A stretch of 64,000 bases of DNA from Methanobacteriota archaeon (GTDB taxonomy: Archaea; Thermoplasmatota; E2; DHVEG-1), in NCBI GenBank assembly GCA_963769885.1, contig CAVYNH010000006.1:288001-352000 (forward strand), written 5' to 3'. A model generated the notes under the pieces. The model saw nothing but the letters and a program-made list of their open reading frames with translations. It did not search any database and was not told where the DNA came from. Made by a program: the position numbers and the translations under genes. Shown piece by piece: positions 9,035 to 21,996 of this stretch. The first letter of the stretch is position 1. Each line of letters opens with the position of its first letter.

Positions 9035-10372
9035 ATGCACCCCCCGGTCGCTGTAACAATCGCCGGCTCAGACCCCTCCAGCGGCGCTGGCATCCAAGCC
9101 GACCTCAAAGCATTCCAATACCTCGGCGTCCACGGCACCACCGTCATCACCGCCATCACCGCCCAAAACACCCAAGGCGTCACCCACATCTACCCCACCC
9201 CACCCGAGCAAATCAAAACCCAACTCACCACCCTCCTCCAAGACCTCCCCATCACCGCCGTCAAAACCGGCATGCTCCACAACAAGAACACCGTCCACAC
9301 CGTCACCACCATCCTCAAAAAACACAAGCTGGCCCCCATCGTCGACCCCATCATGACCGCCACCACTGGCACGAGCCTGGCCGACCCCACCCTCACCGAC
9401 GCCCTTAAAAAAGACCTCCTGCCCATCACCCTCCTCCTCACCCCCAACATCCCCGAAGCCCAAACCCTCCTCAACACAAAAATCAAATCCCTTGACGACG
9501 CCAAACACGCCTGCCGCCGACTCGCGGACCTCGGCCCCCACCACATCCTCCTCAAAGGCGGCCACCTCAAAGGCACCACCGCCACCGACCTCTACTACGA
9601 CGGCACCACCATCCACCCCTGCACCCTCCCCCGCATCCCGAACAAGAAAGCCCACGGCTCCGGCTGCACCCTCTCCGCCCTCATCACCGGCCTCAACGCC
9701 CACCACACCCCCCTCAATGAGGCCATCCCCACCGCCAAACGCATCATCTGGGCCATGATCAACGACGGCTACACCCCCGGAAAAGGCGCCGACGTCCTCA
9801 ACACGACGCACACCATCATGGTCCCCCCCTACTTCCCGACCCCCGCCCACGCCCAGATCTGGTGCCAGCTCCACGACACCCTCCCCGTGATCCTCGCCGT
9901 GCTCCCCATCAATCTTATCCCAGAGGTCGGCATCAACATCGCTAACGCCCTCCCCCACGCCCACACCACAAGTGACGTCTGCGCGCTCCAGGGCCGCGTC
10001 GTCCGCGCCGGCGACCACCCGCTCCGCTGCGGGACTCTCGCCTTCGGCGCCTCCAAACACGTCGCCTCCGTCGTCCTCGTAGCCATGGCCACAGACCAAA
10101 CCATGCGAGCCGCGATGAACCTCCGATTCAGCGACGCTATCGTCGCCCGAGCAAAACAAAAGAAGATGACCACCGGCACCTTCGACCGTACCGAAGAGCC
10201 AGCCAGCGCCAAATCCACCATGGACTGGGGCACCCGCCACGCCATCCACGACCTCGGAGCAGTCCCCGACCTGATCTACGACCACGGCGGCCACGGCAAA
10301 GAGCCGATGATCCGCCTTTTAGCGCACGACCCCGCAGAACTCGCACGAAAACTGCGGCTCCTTTCTCCTTAA
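9035..10372 (+). CDS. thiDN: Bifunctional HMP/HMP-P kinase and thiamine-phosphate synthase (ThiD-ThiN)
   Basis: IAGSDPSSGAGIQADLK, HGSGC, then ThiN domain IPEVG.N, FGASKHVA, GKEPM. Confidence 0.92.
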   Translation: MHPPVAVTIAGSDPSSGAGIQADLKAFQYLGVHGTTVITAITAQNTQGVTHIYPTPPEQIKTQLTTLLQDLPITAVKTGMLHNKNTVHTVTTILKKHKLAPIVDPIMTATTGTSLADPTLTDALKKDLLPITLLLTPNIPEAQTLLNTKIKSLDDAKHACRRLADLGPHHILLKGGHLKGTTATDLYYDGTTIHPCTLPRIPNKKAHGSGCTLSALITGLNAHHTPLNEAIPTAKRIIWAMINDGYTPGKGADVLNTTHTIMVPPYFPTPAHAQIWCQLHDTLPVILAVLPINLIPEVGINIANALPHAHTTSDVCALQGRVVRAGDHPLRCGTLAFGASKHVASVVLVAMATDQTMRAAMNLRFSDAIVARAKQKKMTTGTFDRTEEPASAKSTMDWGTRHAIHDLGAVPDLIYDHGGHGKEPMIRLLAHDPAELARKLRLLSP

Positions 10373-10466
10373 AAACCGGAGAAGAGTGCGAAATGTTTAT
10401 CTACCATAGCTAAGATGGTAGGAGGTAAACCTCAAACGACCACAATACCTAGGGAGCTAAAAGCAC

Positions 10467-10757
10467 ATGTCAGCAAAAGAAGAAGCAAACGAGGAAAACG
10501 TCATCTATATCGGAAACAAACCACCCATGAGCTACGTCCTCGCCGTCGTCACTCAGTTCAACAGCGGATCCAGTGAGGTCATCATCAAGGCTAGAGGTCG
10601 AGCCATCAGCCGGGCCGTCGACGCCGCGGAGATCACGAGGAACCGGTTCATCACCGACGCGAAGATCAAGGAAATCCGCATCGGCACCGAAGCCATCACC
10701 AACGAAGAAGGACGAACCTCCAACGTCTCCAGCATCGAAATCTCCCTCACAAAGTAA
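10467..10757 (+). CDS. albA: DNA/RNA-binding protein Alba
   Basis: [33 protein letters not shown]. Confidence 0.96.
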   Translation: MSAKEEANEENVIYIGNKPPMSYVLAVVTQFNSGSSEVIIKARGRAISRAVDAAEITRNRFITDAKIKEIRIGTEAITNEEGRTSNVSSIEISLTK

Positions 10758-10876
10758 ACAACCACCCTATCAGGAGAGACTCCCGGCCAGCATAGTCTCC
10801 TCTATTTTTCTTATTTGCACCCACCAAGAACAACCGCATCCTGTCGCACTAGGATGATTCTTTTCCTTGAGAAGGA

Positions 10877-11179
10877 TTAAACGCCCCGAACAGCAGACAG
10901 ATAGACATAATAAAAGAACCAGACCAAGACCAAAAACGCACCAAGCGAAAACCCAAGCAACCCCAGGCTATCCCGCATCATCCCCCAGTACGCGAAAGCC
11001 CCAAAAATAACCGCAAGGATCCCTAATGCCGGCACGAAAAAACTCAAAAACATGACGCCCGGCACAAACATCAGCACAAAGAAGCACATTCCCAGGGCGC
11101 CACAGAGAACCGAGACGACCCCAAGTTCCGTGTACTTCCGGGAAGCACCTTCCTCCTTCGCCGCAGTGGTCTCTTCCAT
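10877..11179 (-). CDS. Small 3-TM membrane protein
   Basis: Three hydrophobic segments; follows aclA. Confidence 0.65.
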   Translation of the reverse strand: MEETTAAKEEGASRKYTELGVVSVLCGALGMCFFVLMFVPGVMFLSFFVPALGILAVIFGAFAYWGMMRDSLGLLGFSLGAFLVLVWFFYYVYLSAVRGV

Positions 11180-11261
11180 CTTCTCCACAAAATAAGATAA
11201 AAAACAACTTTAAAGACTTTGTCAAATAGAAAAACAAAGAAAAAGAGGGGCGAAAGAAGGA

Positions 11262-13103
11262 TTATTCCTTCATATCGACCATATAGGCAATATCATCCCA
11301 GGGATGCCGATACAGGCCCTGCTTCAACCGCTTCTGATCCAGGAAATGCCCGATTAGCCCGATGCTCCGGCCCAGGACGAACAGCCCGTTGAGCGCCCCC
11401 AGCTTGATGTACATATCCGCCTCTTCCTTGGAGAACTCACTGCGCAGGAGATCAGCGAAACAAATCCCGATGCAGCCATCCACATTGAGGATGAGATTGT
11501 CCTTCTTCGACGTCGTGATCTTCTCCACCTCAAGCGCGTAATCAAGCAGCGGCGTCTTCTTGAAGTTCTTCTTCGCGTACCCTTTTATGATCTGCACCCG
11601 CATGTCCGGGTTATGCACCGACTTGACGCGATGCCCGATACCCTGGATATTCACACCCTTGGCCTTCATATCGTCGACGAACTGCTGCGGCGTCCGGCCA
11701 GCGTCATAGGCCTCACTGAACATCTGCGCCGCGCCGTCAATCGCGCCGCCGAACCGAGGCCCAATCGTCAACATCCCGGACACTAGCGAGGAGATCAGAT
11801 CTTTGCCCGCACGCGCGGCCACAATCGTGTTATGTGCACCAGAGACTGCTGGGCCGTGGTCGGCCGTCACCATGATCGTCATCTCAATGAACTTCGTCGC
11901 GTACTTCGGCAACAGCCGCTTGAACCAAAGGATGCTGAGGACACCGCCGATGCCAAGCTCCCGCTTGAACACATCCGAGATTTCGAGGCTACCGTACTTC
12001 AGCTCCTCGCCCCGGTCATCAGAGATGGTCGAGATGAAGTTCGCCGGGCGGCGGACGAGCCCAGCCTTGACCGCAGCATTGTAATCCATAGGGACCTTCA
12101 CAGGGGCGGGCTCTGGTTTGGGCGTGATCACTTTTTTCTTCACCAGAGACTTATAGACCTGGGCTATCTTCTCGCCGTAGTCGTCGAAGGAGTTGGGGAC
12201 GACCGCGCCCGCGGTCTTGAGCGCTGTGTTCTTCGCGTCCGCGGTTTCCGCCTCGGAGCCGGCTTTCGCGCCAGCATGGCCAAATTGGACCTCTGTTTTG
12301 AATGCCTTAGAGCATGTCCCGGTAACCCACATTACGAGGGGCTTGGTGATTTGTTTTTTCTTTAATGCTTCGACGATTGTGTATTCGTCGGAGCCGCCGA
12401 CTTCGCCGAGGCAGACGAGCATCTTGATCTCCGGGTTCTTCTCGAACCGTAGGAGATGGTCCAGCAGTGTGGTGCCGGGGTATCGGTCGCCGCCGATCGC
12501 GATGCCTTCGTAGAGGCCATCAGTGTTCTGGGCGACGATGTTGTAGGCCTCGTTGGAGAGGCCGCCGGATTTGGAGACGAAGCCGACCGAGCCGGGCCGA
12601 TGGAGCTTGGAGTCCATGATGTTCTCGAGGGTGCCGCCGGTATTGCCGATTTTGAACTGTCCGGCGACGATGCCGCCGACGGTCGCGGGTCCGATGATGA
12701 CCTTGCTGAGCTTCTTGGCTTTTATGGTCAGTTCTTGCATACGACGCTCAGGGACGCCTTCCGCGATGATGACGATGGTCCTGATCTGGGGGATGGCGAA
12801 GGCCTCTTCGGTCGAGGAGGCCGCTGATCGGAACGAGGCGAAGTTGATCATCACATCGACGTTGGGGTGTCGCGCGGCAGCGTTCTTCATTGATTTGTAG
12901 ACGGGGACGAGGATTTCCTTGGGACCGAAGAAGAACTTCTGGAAGCCGTCATTGCCTGTGGGATTAATCATCGCGGCGACGGACGGTGTCTTGCGGCCAG
13001 ATGCATAGTCAAAGTCGAGCATTCGTTGGACTGCGTTGGTCTGCATGTTGTAAATGAATGCCTGGGTGTTTTTGTCGAAGAGGCTGTAGTCGTTTTTGGG
13101 CAT
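11262..13103 (-). CDS. aclA: ATP citrate lyase alpha subunit (CoA-binding plus citryl-CoA lyase domain)
   Basis: [27 protein letters not shown] phospho-His, [29 protein letters not shown]. Confidence 0.95.
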   Translation of the reverse strand: MPKNDYSLFDKNTQAFIYNMQTNAVQRMLDFDYASGRKTPSVAAMINPTGNDGFQKFFFGPKEILVPVYKSMKNAAARHPNVDVMINFASFRSAASSTEEAFAIPQIRTIVIIAEGVPERRMQELTIKAKKLSKVIIGPATVGGIVAGQFKIGNTGGTLENIMDSKLHRPGSVGFVSKSGGLSNEAYNIVAQNTDGLYEGIAIGGDRYPGTTLLDHLLRFEKNPEIKMLVCLGEVGGSDEYTIVEALKKKQITKPLVMWVTGTCSKAFKTEVQFGHAGAKAGSEAETADAKNTALKTAGAVVPNSFDDYGEKIAQVYKSLVKKKVITPKPEPAPVKVPMDYNAAVKAGLVRRPANFISTISDDRGEELKYGSLEISDVFKRELGIGGVLSILWFKRLLPKYATKFIEMTIMVTADHGPAVSGAHNTIVAARAGKDLISSLVSGMLTIGPRFGGAIDGAAQMFSEAYDAGRTPQQFVDDMKAKGVNIQGIGHRVKSVHNPDMRVQIIKGYAKKNFKKTPLLDYALEVEKITTSKKDNLILNVDGCIGICFADLLRSEFSKEEADMYIKLGALNGLFVLGRSIGLIGHFLDQKRLKQGLYRHPWDDIAYMVDMKE

Positions 13104-13104
13104 G

Positions 13105-14382
13105 TTACTCACCTCCTTTGAGTGCCATGGTGACGATTTTTGTCATGTGGGTCTCAGGGCCGTAGACTTCGATAGGGACGCCGAGTTCGGTGCCGAGTTC
13201 ACGCATGATGCGGAGTCCTTCCTTGTAGTTGGGTCCACCGCGGCGGACGTAGATCTTGACTTTGTTCTCCTGGAGCTTGGTCTTGTATTCTCGGAGGGCT
13301 CTGACGATGCCTTTGAAGGTGTTGGCGACGTCGGTGAAGTTGGCGATGCCGCCGCCGATGAGTAGGAATTTGCCCTTGGGGTTTTTCTTGCGGGTCATGA
13401 GGTCCAGGATGGTCTTGGCGTAGAGGTAGGTGAATTCCTCGTTGGGGTCGCCGCTGTATTCGCCGTAGTTGGCCATTTCGCTCATGAAGCCCAGGTCTGT
13501 GATGGTGTCGGCGTAGATGACGCTGGCGCCGCCGCCGGCGACCATAGTCCAGACCCGGCCTTCCGGATTGAGGACGGTGAGTTTGAGGGAGGCGCCGGTC
13601 TTGGAATCCAGGTCCTGGATGTAGGCTTCCTCGGGGGTGAGCTGGCGGCCGAAGGGGGAGGGGAAGGAGATACCGCCCCATTTTTTACCGCTGACAAACT
13701 CGGCGGTATCGTCGAGTTTAGCGGCCAGGTCCAGAGGTATGATGGTCTTACCGGTGACGACGAAGGGGTTGATCTCGAGGTAGGTGTAGTTGAGGTCCGC
13801 GTAGAACTTAAATATGCCTTCGATGAAACCAGCGATAAGCGACTGTCGTTCACGGGGGACTTTTTGGAGGAGTTTTGCTTGGATGTCGCTGGTTTTAGGG
13901 AGGGTGCCGATGGGGACGAAGAGCCGGACGGCTTTGGTGTCGATGTCGCCGACGTTGATGCCGCCTTCGTGGTGGAAGAGGATCTCGTCGCCGTCGCGCT
14001 GGGAGACGATGGCGAGGTAGTATTCGTCTTGTTGGTTGTGGGGGATAAAGGGTTCGACGATGAAGTGGTCGAGGATGCCAGCGACGGTGCCGACGGTGAT
14101 GGGCTTGCTCATCCGTTCTTTGATCCATTTCTCGGCCTCGGGCCAGGTGGCGTTGAGGAGGAGGAGTTTGCTTTTACCGCGGCGTTTGATGAGCTGGTCG
14201 GGTTTGACGACGAGTTTTTCCTTGGTGAGCCATTTGTAGTGGCTGGGGAGTGTTTTGAGGTCGGTGCCGGGGCCGATGGTGATGTAGGTGTCGGCGATGG
14301 TGTAGAGTCCGTTGGTGTAGTCGGGGAGGAGGCGGGCGATCATGCGTTTGCCGTCTGCCTCGCGGATTGCCTTCTGTGCCAT
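13105..14382 (-). CDS. aclB: ATP citrate lyase beta subunit (ATP-grasp)
   Basis: [51 protein letters not shown]. Confidence 0.95.
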   Translation of the reverse strand: MAQKAIREADGKRMIARLLPDYTNGLYTIADTYITIGPGTDLKTLPSHYKWLTKEKLVVKPDQLIKRRGKSKLLLLNATWPEAEKWIKERMSKPITVGTVAGILDHFIVEPFIPHNQQDEYYLAIVSQRDGDEILFHHEGGINVGDIDTKAVRLFVPIGTLPKTSDIQAKLLQKVPRERQSLIAGFIEGIFKFYADLNYTYLEINPFVVTGKTIIPLDLAAKLDDTAEFVSGKKWGGISFPSPFGRQLTPEEAYIQDLDSKTGASLKLTVLNPEGRVWTMVAGGGASVIYADTITDLGFMSEMANYGEYSGDPNEEFTYLYAKTILDLMTRKKNPKGKFLLIGGGIANFTDVANTFKGIVRALREYKTKLQENKVKIYVRRGGPNYKEGLRIMRELGTELGVPIEVYGPETHMTKIVTMALKGGE

Positions 14383-14395
14383 GTTTTTTTCTCCT

Positions 14396-15634
14396 TTATG
14401 ATAGTTTTTTATCGAGTCGGGCGGCGATGGCGTCGATGAACTCCTCGGTGTAGACTTGTTTGTTTTTGGGGCTTGGGGTCGCGACTCGGAGGAGGTCGCC
14501 GGTCATGATGCCGCTTTCGATGGTTTCGAGTGCTGCTTGTTCGAGCTTGGTGGCGAAGTCGACGACGTCGGGGGTGTGGTCGAGTTCGCCGCGTTTTTTG
14601 AGGGCGCCGGTCCAGGCGAAGATGAGAGCCATGGGGTTGCTGCTGGTTTTTTCGCCTTTCATGTACTTATAATAGTGTTTCTGGACGGTGCCGTGGGCGG
14701 CCTCGTATTCGAAGAAGCCCTGGGGGCTGACGAGGACGCTGGTCATCATGGCGAGGCTGCCGTAGGCGCTGCCGAGCATGTCGCTCATGACGTCGCCGTC
14801 GTAGTTCTTGCAGGCCCACAGCATGCCGCCCTCGGATTTCATGATCCGGGCGACCGCGTCGTCGATGAGGGTGAAGAAGTACTCGATGCCCGCGTCCTGG
14901 TACTTCTGCTTCCAGTTCGCTTCGTATTCTTCTTGGAAGATCTGGCGGAATCGTGCGTCGTAGGTCTTGCTGATGGTGTCCTTGGTGGCGAACCAGAGAG
15001 GAACTTTTTGGTCGAGGGCGTAGGTGAAGCAGGCTTTGGCGAAACTGCTGATGGACTTGTCGGTGTTGTGGATGCCTTGGATGATGCCGGGTCCTTTGAA
15101 CTCGTGGATCGTCTGGACGACTGGTTGACCGCCGTCCGCGGGTTTGAAGACGATTTGGGCGGTGCCGGGGCCGGGGGCGCGGATTTCCTGGTTCTTGTAG
15201 ACGTCGCCGTAGGCGTGTCTGCCGATGTGGATGGGTTTGGTCCAGGTTTTAACGGAGGGCGGGATGTTGTTAACGAGGATGGGGCTGCGGAAGACGGTGC
15301 CGTCGAGCTGGGCCCGGATGGTGCCGTTGGGGCTGGGCCATTCTTTCTTGAGGTTGTATTCCTTGACGCGGTCTTTGTTTGGGGTGATGGTCGCGCATTT
15401 GACGCCGACGCCGTATTTCTTGATGGCCTCGGCTGCCTCGAAGGTGACCTTGTCGTCGGTGTCGTCGCGGTGCTTGAGTCCGAGGTCGTAGTATTCGAGG
15501 GGGATGTCGAGGTAGGGGAGGAGGAGCTTGTCTTTGACCCATTGCCACATGACGCGGGTCATTTCGTCCCCGTCGATCTCGACGAGCGGCGTCTTCACTT
15601 TGATCTTGTCGTGTGTCTGTTGTTTCTTGTTCAT
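14396..15634 (-). CDS. icd: NADP-dependent isocitrate dehydrogenase, type II (eukaryote-like)
   Basis: [44 protein letters not shown]. Confidence 0.95.
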   Translation of the reverse strand: MNKKQQTHDKIKVKTPLVEIDGDEMTRVMWQWVKDKLLLPYLDIPLEYYDLGLKHRDDTDDKVTFEAAEAIKKYGVGVKCATITPNKDRVKEYNLKKEWPSPNGTIRAQLDGTVFRSPILVNNIPPSVKTWTKPIHIGRHAYGDVYKNQEIRAPGPGTAQIVFKPADGGQPVVQTIHEFKGPGIIQGIHNTDKSISSFAKACFTYALDQKVPLWFATKDTISKTYDARFRQIFQEEYEANWKQKYQDAGIEYFFTLIDDAVARIMKSEGGMLWACKNYDGDVMSDMLGSAYGSLAMMTSVLVSPQGFFEYEAAHGTVQKHYYKYMKGEKTSSNPMALIFAWTGALKKRGELDHTPDVVDFATKLEQAALETIESGIMTGDLLRVATPSPKNKQVYTEEFIDAIAARLDKKLS

Positions 15635-17595
15635 GCGTTCTTCTCCTGTCCTCCCATGTAGTTGAGGGTGCCTCCGGCGAGGATGATCTTGCGGTCGCGT
15701 TCGGAGAGGTCGAACGCGGCGGTGAACGTCTTGTTCGTGGTGGTGTCGGTAACGGTGACCTTGGTCTTCCCGGAGGCAATCGCGGTCCGTAGTCCTTTGA
15801 TCTCGATGCTGTCTCCTTGGGAGATGAGGTCGTAGTCTTTCTCGTTGGTGAAGGTGAGGGGGACGATGCCGAAGTTGATGAGGTTGGCCTTGTGGATGCG
15901 CTCGAGGCTCTTAGCGAGGATCGCTTTGACGCCCATGTACATGGGGCAGATCGCGGCGTGCTCCCGGCTGCTGCCCTGGCCGTAGGAGAGTCCGGCGACG
16001 ATGATGTTGTGGATGCCGGCGTCCTTGTTCTTCTTGGCACGCTCGTAGAACTTGTTATCGACGTTTTCGAAGAGGAACTCGCTGTATTTGGGGACGTTGC
16101 TGCGGAATTTCATGCGGGCGCCGGCGGGGATGATATGGTCGGTGGTGATGAGGTCTCCGACCTTGATGGTGACCTGGCCGATGATGTTCTCCGGCAGCGG
16201 GGTGTTGCTGGGTGGCTCCCCGATGTTGGGTCCTCTGGCGATGGTGATCGTCTCGCGTTTCTTCGGTGGGGGTGGGAAGATGAACATGCTGTCGTCGATG
16301 TAGAACTTCTTGGGCATGGTGACCTTGGGGTACTTGATGCCCTTACGTTCGAGGGTTCGTGGGTCGGTGATTTCGCCGGTGATGACGGCGGCGGCCGCGG
16401 TTGGGGGGCTGACGAGGTAGACTTGGGCGTCCTTGGTGCCGCTGCGTCCTTCGAAGTTCCGGTTATTGGTGCGTAATGAGATGGCCTTGGTCTTGGGGGA
16501 TTGGCTGTTGCCGATGCAGAAGCCGCAGGTGGGGTCCGTGAGTCGGGCGCCGGCGGAGAGCAGGAGTTCGAGGCCGCCGTCTCGGGTGATGTTCTCGAGG
16601 ACTTCTTTGCTGCCGGGGGCGACGACGAAGCTGACGTTGGGGTGGGCTTTCTTCCCTTTGAGGATCTTGGCGACGGTCATGAGGTCGGTGTAGCTGGAGT
16701 TGGTGCAGCTGCCGATGCAGACCTGGTCGACGGGCACGCCTTTGAGGTCTGTGACTTTCTTGATGTTGCCGGGGCTGTGCGGCGCGGCCGCGAGTGGCTC
16801 AAGTGTACTGAGATCGATGGTGAATTCCTTGTCGTAAACGGCGTCGTCGTCCGCGGCGAGGGGCTTGTAGTCTTGGCCGCGGCCCTGGGCGGTGAGGAAG
16901 GCTTTGGTGACGTCGTCACTGGGGAAGACGCTGGTGGTGACGCCGCATTCGGCGCCCATGTTGGTGATGGTGGCGCGGTCGGGGACACTGAGGGTTTTGA
17001 CGCCGGGGCCCGTGTATTCGAAGACGAAGCCGACATTGCCTTTGGTGGTGAAGTGTTCCAAGACCTTTAGTATGACGTCTTTGGCGCCGACCCAGGGGCG
17101 GAGTTTGCCGGTGAGGGTGATCTTGATGACTTTGGGGTAGGTGAGGTAGAAGGGGCCGCCGGCCATGGCGACGGCGACGTCGAGGCCACCGGCGCCGATA
17201 GCGATCATGCCGAGGCCGCCGCTGGTGGGCGTGTGTGAGTCTGATCCGAGGAGGGTCTTGCCTGGTTTGCCGAAGCGTTCCAAGTGGACTTGATGGCAGA
17301 TGCCGTTGCCGGCGCGGCTGTAGACAATGCCGTAGCGGGCGGCGACGGTCTGGAGGTATTTGTGGTCGTCTGCGTTTTCGAAGCCGATCTGGATAGTATT
17401 GTGGTCGACGTAGCTGACGGAAAGTTCGGTTTTGACGCGGGGGACGTGCATGGCTTCGAATTGAAGGTAGGCCATGGTGCCGGTGGCGTCCTGGGTGAGG
17501 GTCTGGTCGATGCGGATGCCGACGGTGCTGCCTTTCGTCGGGGTGCCTTCGACGATGTGCTTTGTGAGGATTTTTTCGGTGAGTGTCATGCTCAT
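15631..17595 (-). CDS. acnA: Aconitate hydratase (654-aa short type)
   Basis: QDATG, DHN, GNGICHQ, GSDSHT, IGSCTNS, CGFCIG, NRNFEGR, TTDHI, GSSREHA. Confidence 0.93.
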   Translation of the reverse strand: MSMTLTEKILTKHIVEGTPTKGSTVGIRIDQTLTQDATGTMAYLQFEAMHVPRVKTELSVSYVDHNTIQIGFENADDHKYLQTVAARYGIVYSRAGNGICHQVHLERFGKPGKTLLGSDSHTPTSGGLGMIAIGAGGLDVAVAMAGGPFYLTYPKVIKITLTGKLRPWVGAKDVILKVLEHFTTKGNVGFVFEYTGPGVKTLSVPDRATITNMGAECGVTTSVFPSDDVTKAFLTAQGRGQDYKPLAADDDAVYDKEFTIDLSTLEPLAAAPHSPGNIKKVTDLKGVPVDQVCIGSCTNSSYTDLMTVAKILKGKKAHPNVSFVVAPGSKEVLENITRDGGLELLLSAGARLTDPTCGFCIGNSQSPKTKAISLRTNNRNFEGRSGTKDAQVYLVSPPTAAAAVITGEITDPRTLERKGIKYPKVTMPKKFYIDDSMFIFPPPPKKRETITIARGPNIGEPPSNTPLPENIIGQVTIKVGDLITTDHIIPAGARMKFRSNVPKYSEFLFENVDNKFYERAKKNKDAGIHNIIVAGLSYGQGSSREHAAICPMYMGVKAILAKSLERIHKANLINFGIVPLTFTNEKDYDLISQGDSIEIKGLRTAIASGKTKVTVTDTTTNKTFTAAFDLSERDRKIILAGGTLNYMGGQEKNA

Positions 17596-17741
17596 AATGT
17601 TTCTGCGCCTCCGTGTGCCGGTGTGCGTGTGGGTGAACGTTTTGAATCGTCGCGGCTTTAATAAATCTTGCGTTTTTGCTGTTCCCGTTCATGAGTATAT
17701 GGAAAAGATTTTGGCGAAATGAGAGAAAGTTTTATAAATAG

Positions 17742-18914
17742 ATGAGCATTCCACTATTATCTTCGCAGGTAAACTTACTTTGCGAGAAAACGGAGGCATC
17801 GGCGATTCTCGCGGCGGCCCAGAAGCTCTCGCTCACCAGGAACGAGGCCAACGTCCTCTACGGACTCACAAGCTTTCCGACCTACACGGACAGCGCGCTG
17901 GCGGACGCCCTCGGCCTCAAACTCTCGACGCTCACGTCGATCGAGCGGCGCCTCGCCGCGAACCATCTGTTCCGCACCCTCACCGTCCCGCTCGTCAACC
18001 ATCTCGGCTGCGAGCTACTCGCGGTCATCCACACCCAGTTCAACCCCGTGATGCCGCTGGAGCAGCGCATCCAGACCACCAAGCAGAACATCGAGATCTT
18101 CGACGAGCTGTTCTTCTCCGTCGGCGACCAGGAGAAAGGCTTCAGCCTCAGCTTCTCCCAGAACTACACCAACATCGGCCGCATCAACGACATCCGCACC
18201 GAGCTCTTCGGCCGCACCGGCCTCCTCGACAAACAGTACCCCAGCGAGGTCATCTTCCCCTTCCAAACCAGCACCATCCACCGGTTCTTCGACTATGCCC
18301 GACTCCTCCAACAGCTCTTCAGCCTCCCACCCCTCGAAATCCCCAGCAGCCGCCCCTGGTTCAGCGGCACCGAGCCCGCCAACCTGTCCCCCACCGAGCA
18401 ACAAGTCTTCCTCACCCTCGTGCGGTACCCCACCGCCACCACTCAGGACATCGGCACGATGCTCGCCGTCAGCCGCCACACCGTCGCCCGCATGAAGAAC
18501 GACTTCCTCACCAAAGGACTTCTGCGTCCCGTCGTCATCCCTGACCTCCACCGCCTCGGCTTCGAACTCCTCACTTTCACCCACCTTCAATTCAACCCCC
18601 ACAAGGCGCCCACCGACGATGACTTCGCCGCCCTGGATACCCCCGCCACGATCTTTTTAACCAGCCGCAAGTTCGAGGCGGTCAGGCTCGCCGCGTACCC
18701 CACCTACCAGTCCCACCTCGAAGACGATATGCGCCTCCTCCGGCACCTCAAAGAAAACAACCTCCTCGCCAGCCCGCCCCAGACCGGCGCCTACAGCTAC
18801 AACCGCCTCGCCCTCATCAAAGACTTCGATTTCGCCAGCCTCACCAGAAAAATCATCCTTAACACCCCCACCCACCAGAAGGAAAATCACAAAAAGAAGA
18901 CAAAAACTACTTAA
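17742..18914 (+). CDS. Transcription regulator with tandem wHTH-Lrp/AsnC-like halves; start uncertain
   Basis: Two repeats of HTH followed by P...LG.ELL; divergent from the acn-icd-acl operon. Confidence 0.75.
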   Translation: MSIPLLSSQVNLLCEKTEASAILAAAQKLSLTRNEANVLYGLTSFPTYTDSALADALGLKLSTLTSIERRLAANHLFRTLTVPLVNHLGCELLAVIHTQFNPVMPLEQRIQTTKQNIEIFDELFFSVGDQEKGFSLSFSQNYTNIGRINDIRTELFGRTGLLDKQYPSEVIFPFQTSTIHRFFDYARLLQQLFSLPPLEIPSSRPWFSGTEPANLSPTEQQVFLTLVRYPTATTQDIGTMLAVSRHTVARMKNDFLTKGLLRPVVIPDLHRLGFELLTFTHLQFNPHKAPTDDDFAALDTPATIFLTSRKFEAVRLAAYPTYQSHLEDDMRLLRHLKENNLLASPPQTGAYSYNRLALIKDFDFASLTRKIILNTPTHQKENHKKKTKTT

Positions 18915-19048
18915 GACACAAACCGATAACCGCCACGACTCCCGACGGGCCAGGGAGAAACAAGGGAGGACAGCCCAACCACCAATCGCTCTTCCCACCA
19001 ACCAACTCAGACTACCCCAACAAACACCGAAAAAGGACGCGATCCCCC

Positions 19049-21004
19049 ATGACCGAAAACATCTCCGTACTCTTGGACGAAAAAAGGGTCTTCAAACCCT
19101 CAAAAGACTTTGTCAACCAGACAAACGTGAAGCAGTGGATGGACAAACACAACATCAAAACCTACGACGACCTCCTCAAAAAGGCAAACGACGACTACCA
19201 ATGGTTCTGGGGCGAAATGGCCAAAGACGTCGTCGAATTCTATACCCCCTACAGAGAAGTCCTCGAATGGAATGAGCCCTTCGCTAAATGGTTCACCGGC
19301 GCCAAATACAACATCGTCCACGACGCCATCGACAAACACGTCACCACCTGGCGCAAAAACAAGGTCGCCATCATCTTCGAAGGCGAACCCGGCGACGTCC
19401 GCAAACTCACCTACAACGACCTCGCCATGGAAGTCAACAAACTCGCCAACGCAATAAAGGAACTCGGCATCAAGAAAGGCGACCGCGTCGGCATCTATCT
19501 CCCCATGATCCCCGAGCTGCCCATCGCCATGCTCGCCTGCGCCAAACTCGGCGCCGTCCACAGCGTCGTCTTCTCCGGATTCAGCGCGACCGCCTTCCGC
19601 GACCGCGCCAACGACTGCGAAGCCAAACTCGTCATCACCTGCGACAGCTTCTACCGAAGAGGCAAAAAAGTCCCCCTCAAGACCCAGGCCGACGACGCCT
19701 GCAAAGAAGCACCCAGCGTCAAACACATGATCGTCTACCAACGCACCGGCGACCAAGTCAGCTGGACAGCCGGCCGCGACCACTGGTGGCACGAGATCAC
19801 CAAAGGCAAATCCACCCAATGCCCCACCGAGCAGCTCGACGCCAACGACAACCTCTACTTCCTCTACACCTCTGGCACCACCGGCAAGCCCAAGGGCATC
19901 ATCCACGCCCACGCCGGCTACGCCGTCAGCATCGCCCAGACCCTCAAATGGGTCTTCGACATCAAGGACCAGGACGTCTACTGGTGCGCCGCCGACATCG
20001 GCTGGGTCACCGGGCACTCCTACATCGCCTACGCCCCCCTCATCCTCGGCGCCACCCAGATCATCTACGAAGGCGCCCCTGACTGGCCCCAGCCCGACCG
20101 CTGGTGGGATATCATCGAAAAATACGGCGTCAGCGTCTTCTACACCTCCCCGACCTCCATCCGCTTGTTCATGCGGTTCGGCGAGGACTTCGTCAAGAAA
20201 CACAACCTCTCCAGCCTCCGCCTGCTGGGGTCCGTCGGCGAGCCCATCAACCCCGAAGCCTGGATCTGGTACTATAAAAACATCGGCGGCGAACGCTGCC
20301 AAATCATGGACACCTGGTGGCAGACCGAGACCGGCCACTTCGTCATCTCACCGCTCCCCATCACCCCCATCAAACCCGGCAGCGCCACCAAGCCCCTGCC
20401 CGGCATGGCCGCAGCGGTCTACGACGACAAAGGCCAGCCCGTCAAAGACGGCGGCGGCAGCCTCGTCCTCCTCCACCCCTGGCCCGGCATGCTCAGAGGC
20501 ATCTACAAGAACCCGGAGCGCTATAAAGAGACCTACTGGACCAAGTACCCAGGCGTCTACCTCGCCGGCGACGTCGCACGCGTCGACAGCGACGGCTACT
20601 TCTGGATCCAAGGCAGAGCCGACGACGTCCTCAAGATCAGCGGACACCGCATCGGCAACAGCGAGGTCGAATCCGCCCTCGTCTCTCACCCGCTCGTGGC
20701 TGAGGCCGCCGTCATCGGCAAGCCCCACGAGGAAAAAGGCGAGTCCATCACCAGCTTCGTCGTCCTCAAGAAAGGCGTCGACCCCTCCGAGGCCCTTAAA
20801 AAAGAACTCCGAGAGCACGTCGCCAGAGAGATGGGCAAGCTCGCACGGCCCGACGAGATCTGGTTCGTCACCGACGTGCCCAAGACCCGCAGCGGCAAGA
20901 TCATGCGCCGCGTCATCCGCGCCAAAGCACTCGGCCAGGAAGTCGGCGACACCTCCACCCTCGCCAACCCCGAGTCCGTCGACGAAATCGGGAAGGCAAA
21001 ATAA
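19049..21004 (+). CDS. acs: AMP-forming acetyl-CoA synthetase
   Basis: [40 protein letters not shown]. Confidence 0.96.
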   Translation: MTENISVLLDEKRVFKPSKDFVNQTNVKQWMDKHNIKTYDDLLKKANDDYQWFWGEMAKDVVEFYTPYREVLEWNEPFAKWFTGAKYNIVHDAIDKHVTTWRKNKVAIIFEGEPGDVRKLTYNDLAMEVNKLANAIKELGIKKGDRVGIYLPMIPELPIAMLACAKLGAVHSVVFSGFSATAFRDRANDCEAKLVITCDSFYRRGKKVPLKTQADDACKEAPSVKHMIVYQRTGDQVSWTAGRDHWWHEITKGKSTQCPTEQLDANDNLYFLYTSGTTGKPKGIIHAHAGYAVSIAQTLKWVFDIKDQDVYWCAADIGWVTGHSYIAYAPLILGATQIIYEGAPDWPQPDRWWDIIEKYGVSVFYTSPTSIRLFMRFGEDFVKKHNLSSLRLLGSVGEPINPEAWIWYYKNIGGERCQIMDTWWQTETGHFVISPLPITPIKPGSATKPLPGMAAAVYDDKGQPVKDGGGSLVLLHPWPGMLRGIYKNPERYKETYWTKYPGVYLAGDVARVDSDGYFWIQGRADDVLKISGHRIGNSEVESALVSHPLVAEAAVIGKPHEEKGESITSFVVLKKGVDPSEALKKELREHVAREMGKLARPDEIWFVTDVPKTRSGKIMRRVIRAKALGQEVGDTSTLANPESVDEIGKAK

Positions 21005-21138
21005 CCCCTGCCCCCTCTCTTCCTTTTTCTTTCTATCTTTTTCTTCCTTCACTCCCACTCGCATACGGTGAGAAACCAACTTCTTGCCATCCATGAAAAG
21101 CCTTTATCCCCCACCACACGATACCAGGAAGACCACCC

Positions 21139-21994
21139 ATGGACGACCACCACATCGTCACCGGCATCATCGAACTCATCCGCACCGCCGAAACCACCCT
21201 CCCCACCGACGTCATCACCGCCCTGCAAAAAGTACAGCACCACGAAACCGGCATCGCCAAACTCCAACTCACCACCATCCTCGAGAACATTCACCTCGCC
21301 AAAGAAACCAACCGCCCCCTCTGCCAAGACACCGGCATCCAAACCTTCTTCATCGACGTCGGCGCCGACTTCCCCCACATCAACAAAATCCACACCTGGA
21401 TTCACCACGCCGTCACCCAAGCCATCACCGCCGTCCCCCTCCGACCCAACGCCGTCGACCCACTCACACGGAAAAACGGCGACGACGCGATACCATACCC
21501 CGTCTTGTACCTGGAATCTCGTTTCTGGCGACACCCTCCGCATCCACGCTCTCCCCAAAGGCAGCGGCAGTGAAAACACCAGCCGCCTCGCCATGCTCAC
21601 CCCCAGCGACGGCATCGGCGGCATCACAAAAACCGTCCTCGATACCGTCACCCGCGCCGCCGGACGGCCCTGTCCACCCACCGTCGTGGGCGTCGGCATC
21701 GGCGGCGACGCCGCCACCGCCCTCAAATTAGGCAAGACCGCGCTCCTCCGCCCCGTCGGCAGCCGACACTCGGACCCAGCAATCGCCCGCCTCGAACACG
21801 ACCTGATCAGCGAATGCAACAAGACCGGCATCGGCCCCATGGGCCTCGGGGGAAAGACCACGGTCCTCGACGTCCACATCCAGACCATGCCCTGCCACCC
21901 CGCTGGGCTGCCCGTCGGCGTCGCCATGCAATGTTGGGCGGACCGCCGGGCACAGCTTACCGTTCAAGCGGACGGCACCTGGGAGGTCCGCTGA
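21139..21994 (+). pseudogene. Fe-S fumarate hydratase alpha subunit with a +1 frameshift near 21508-21517
   Basis: PLCQDTG and PLRPNAV in one frame; PKGSGSEN, PCPP, GIGPMGLGG, CHPA, QCWADR in the next frame. Confidence 0.85.
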
Positions 21995-21996
21995 GC

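Noticed and set aside
9068-10294. Long antisense ORFs (also 346-1230, 14456-15661, 19100-20338, 55555-57072)
   Set aside because: Shadow frames of real genes, kept open by high GC and strand skew; low-complexity Val/Gly/Asp or Arg/His/Pro products with no motifs
10775-10810. Hairpin after albA as an ncRNA
   Set aside because: A short GAGACT/AGTCTC stem plus T-tract at a gene end fits a terminator or 3' stabiliser
21500-21520. Programmed frameshifting in fumarase alpha or PerR
   Set aside because: No slippery heptamer, long homopolymer or obvious stimulatory structure
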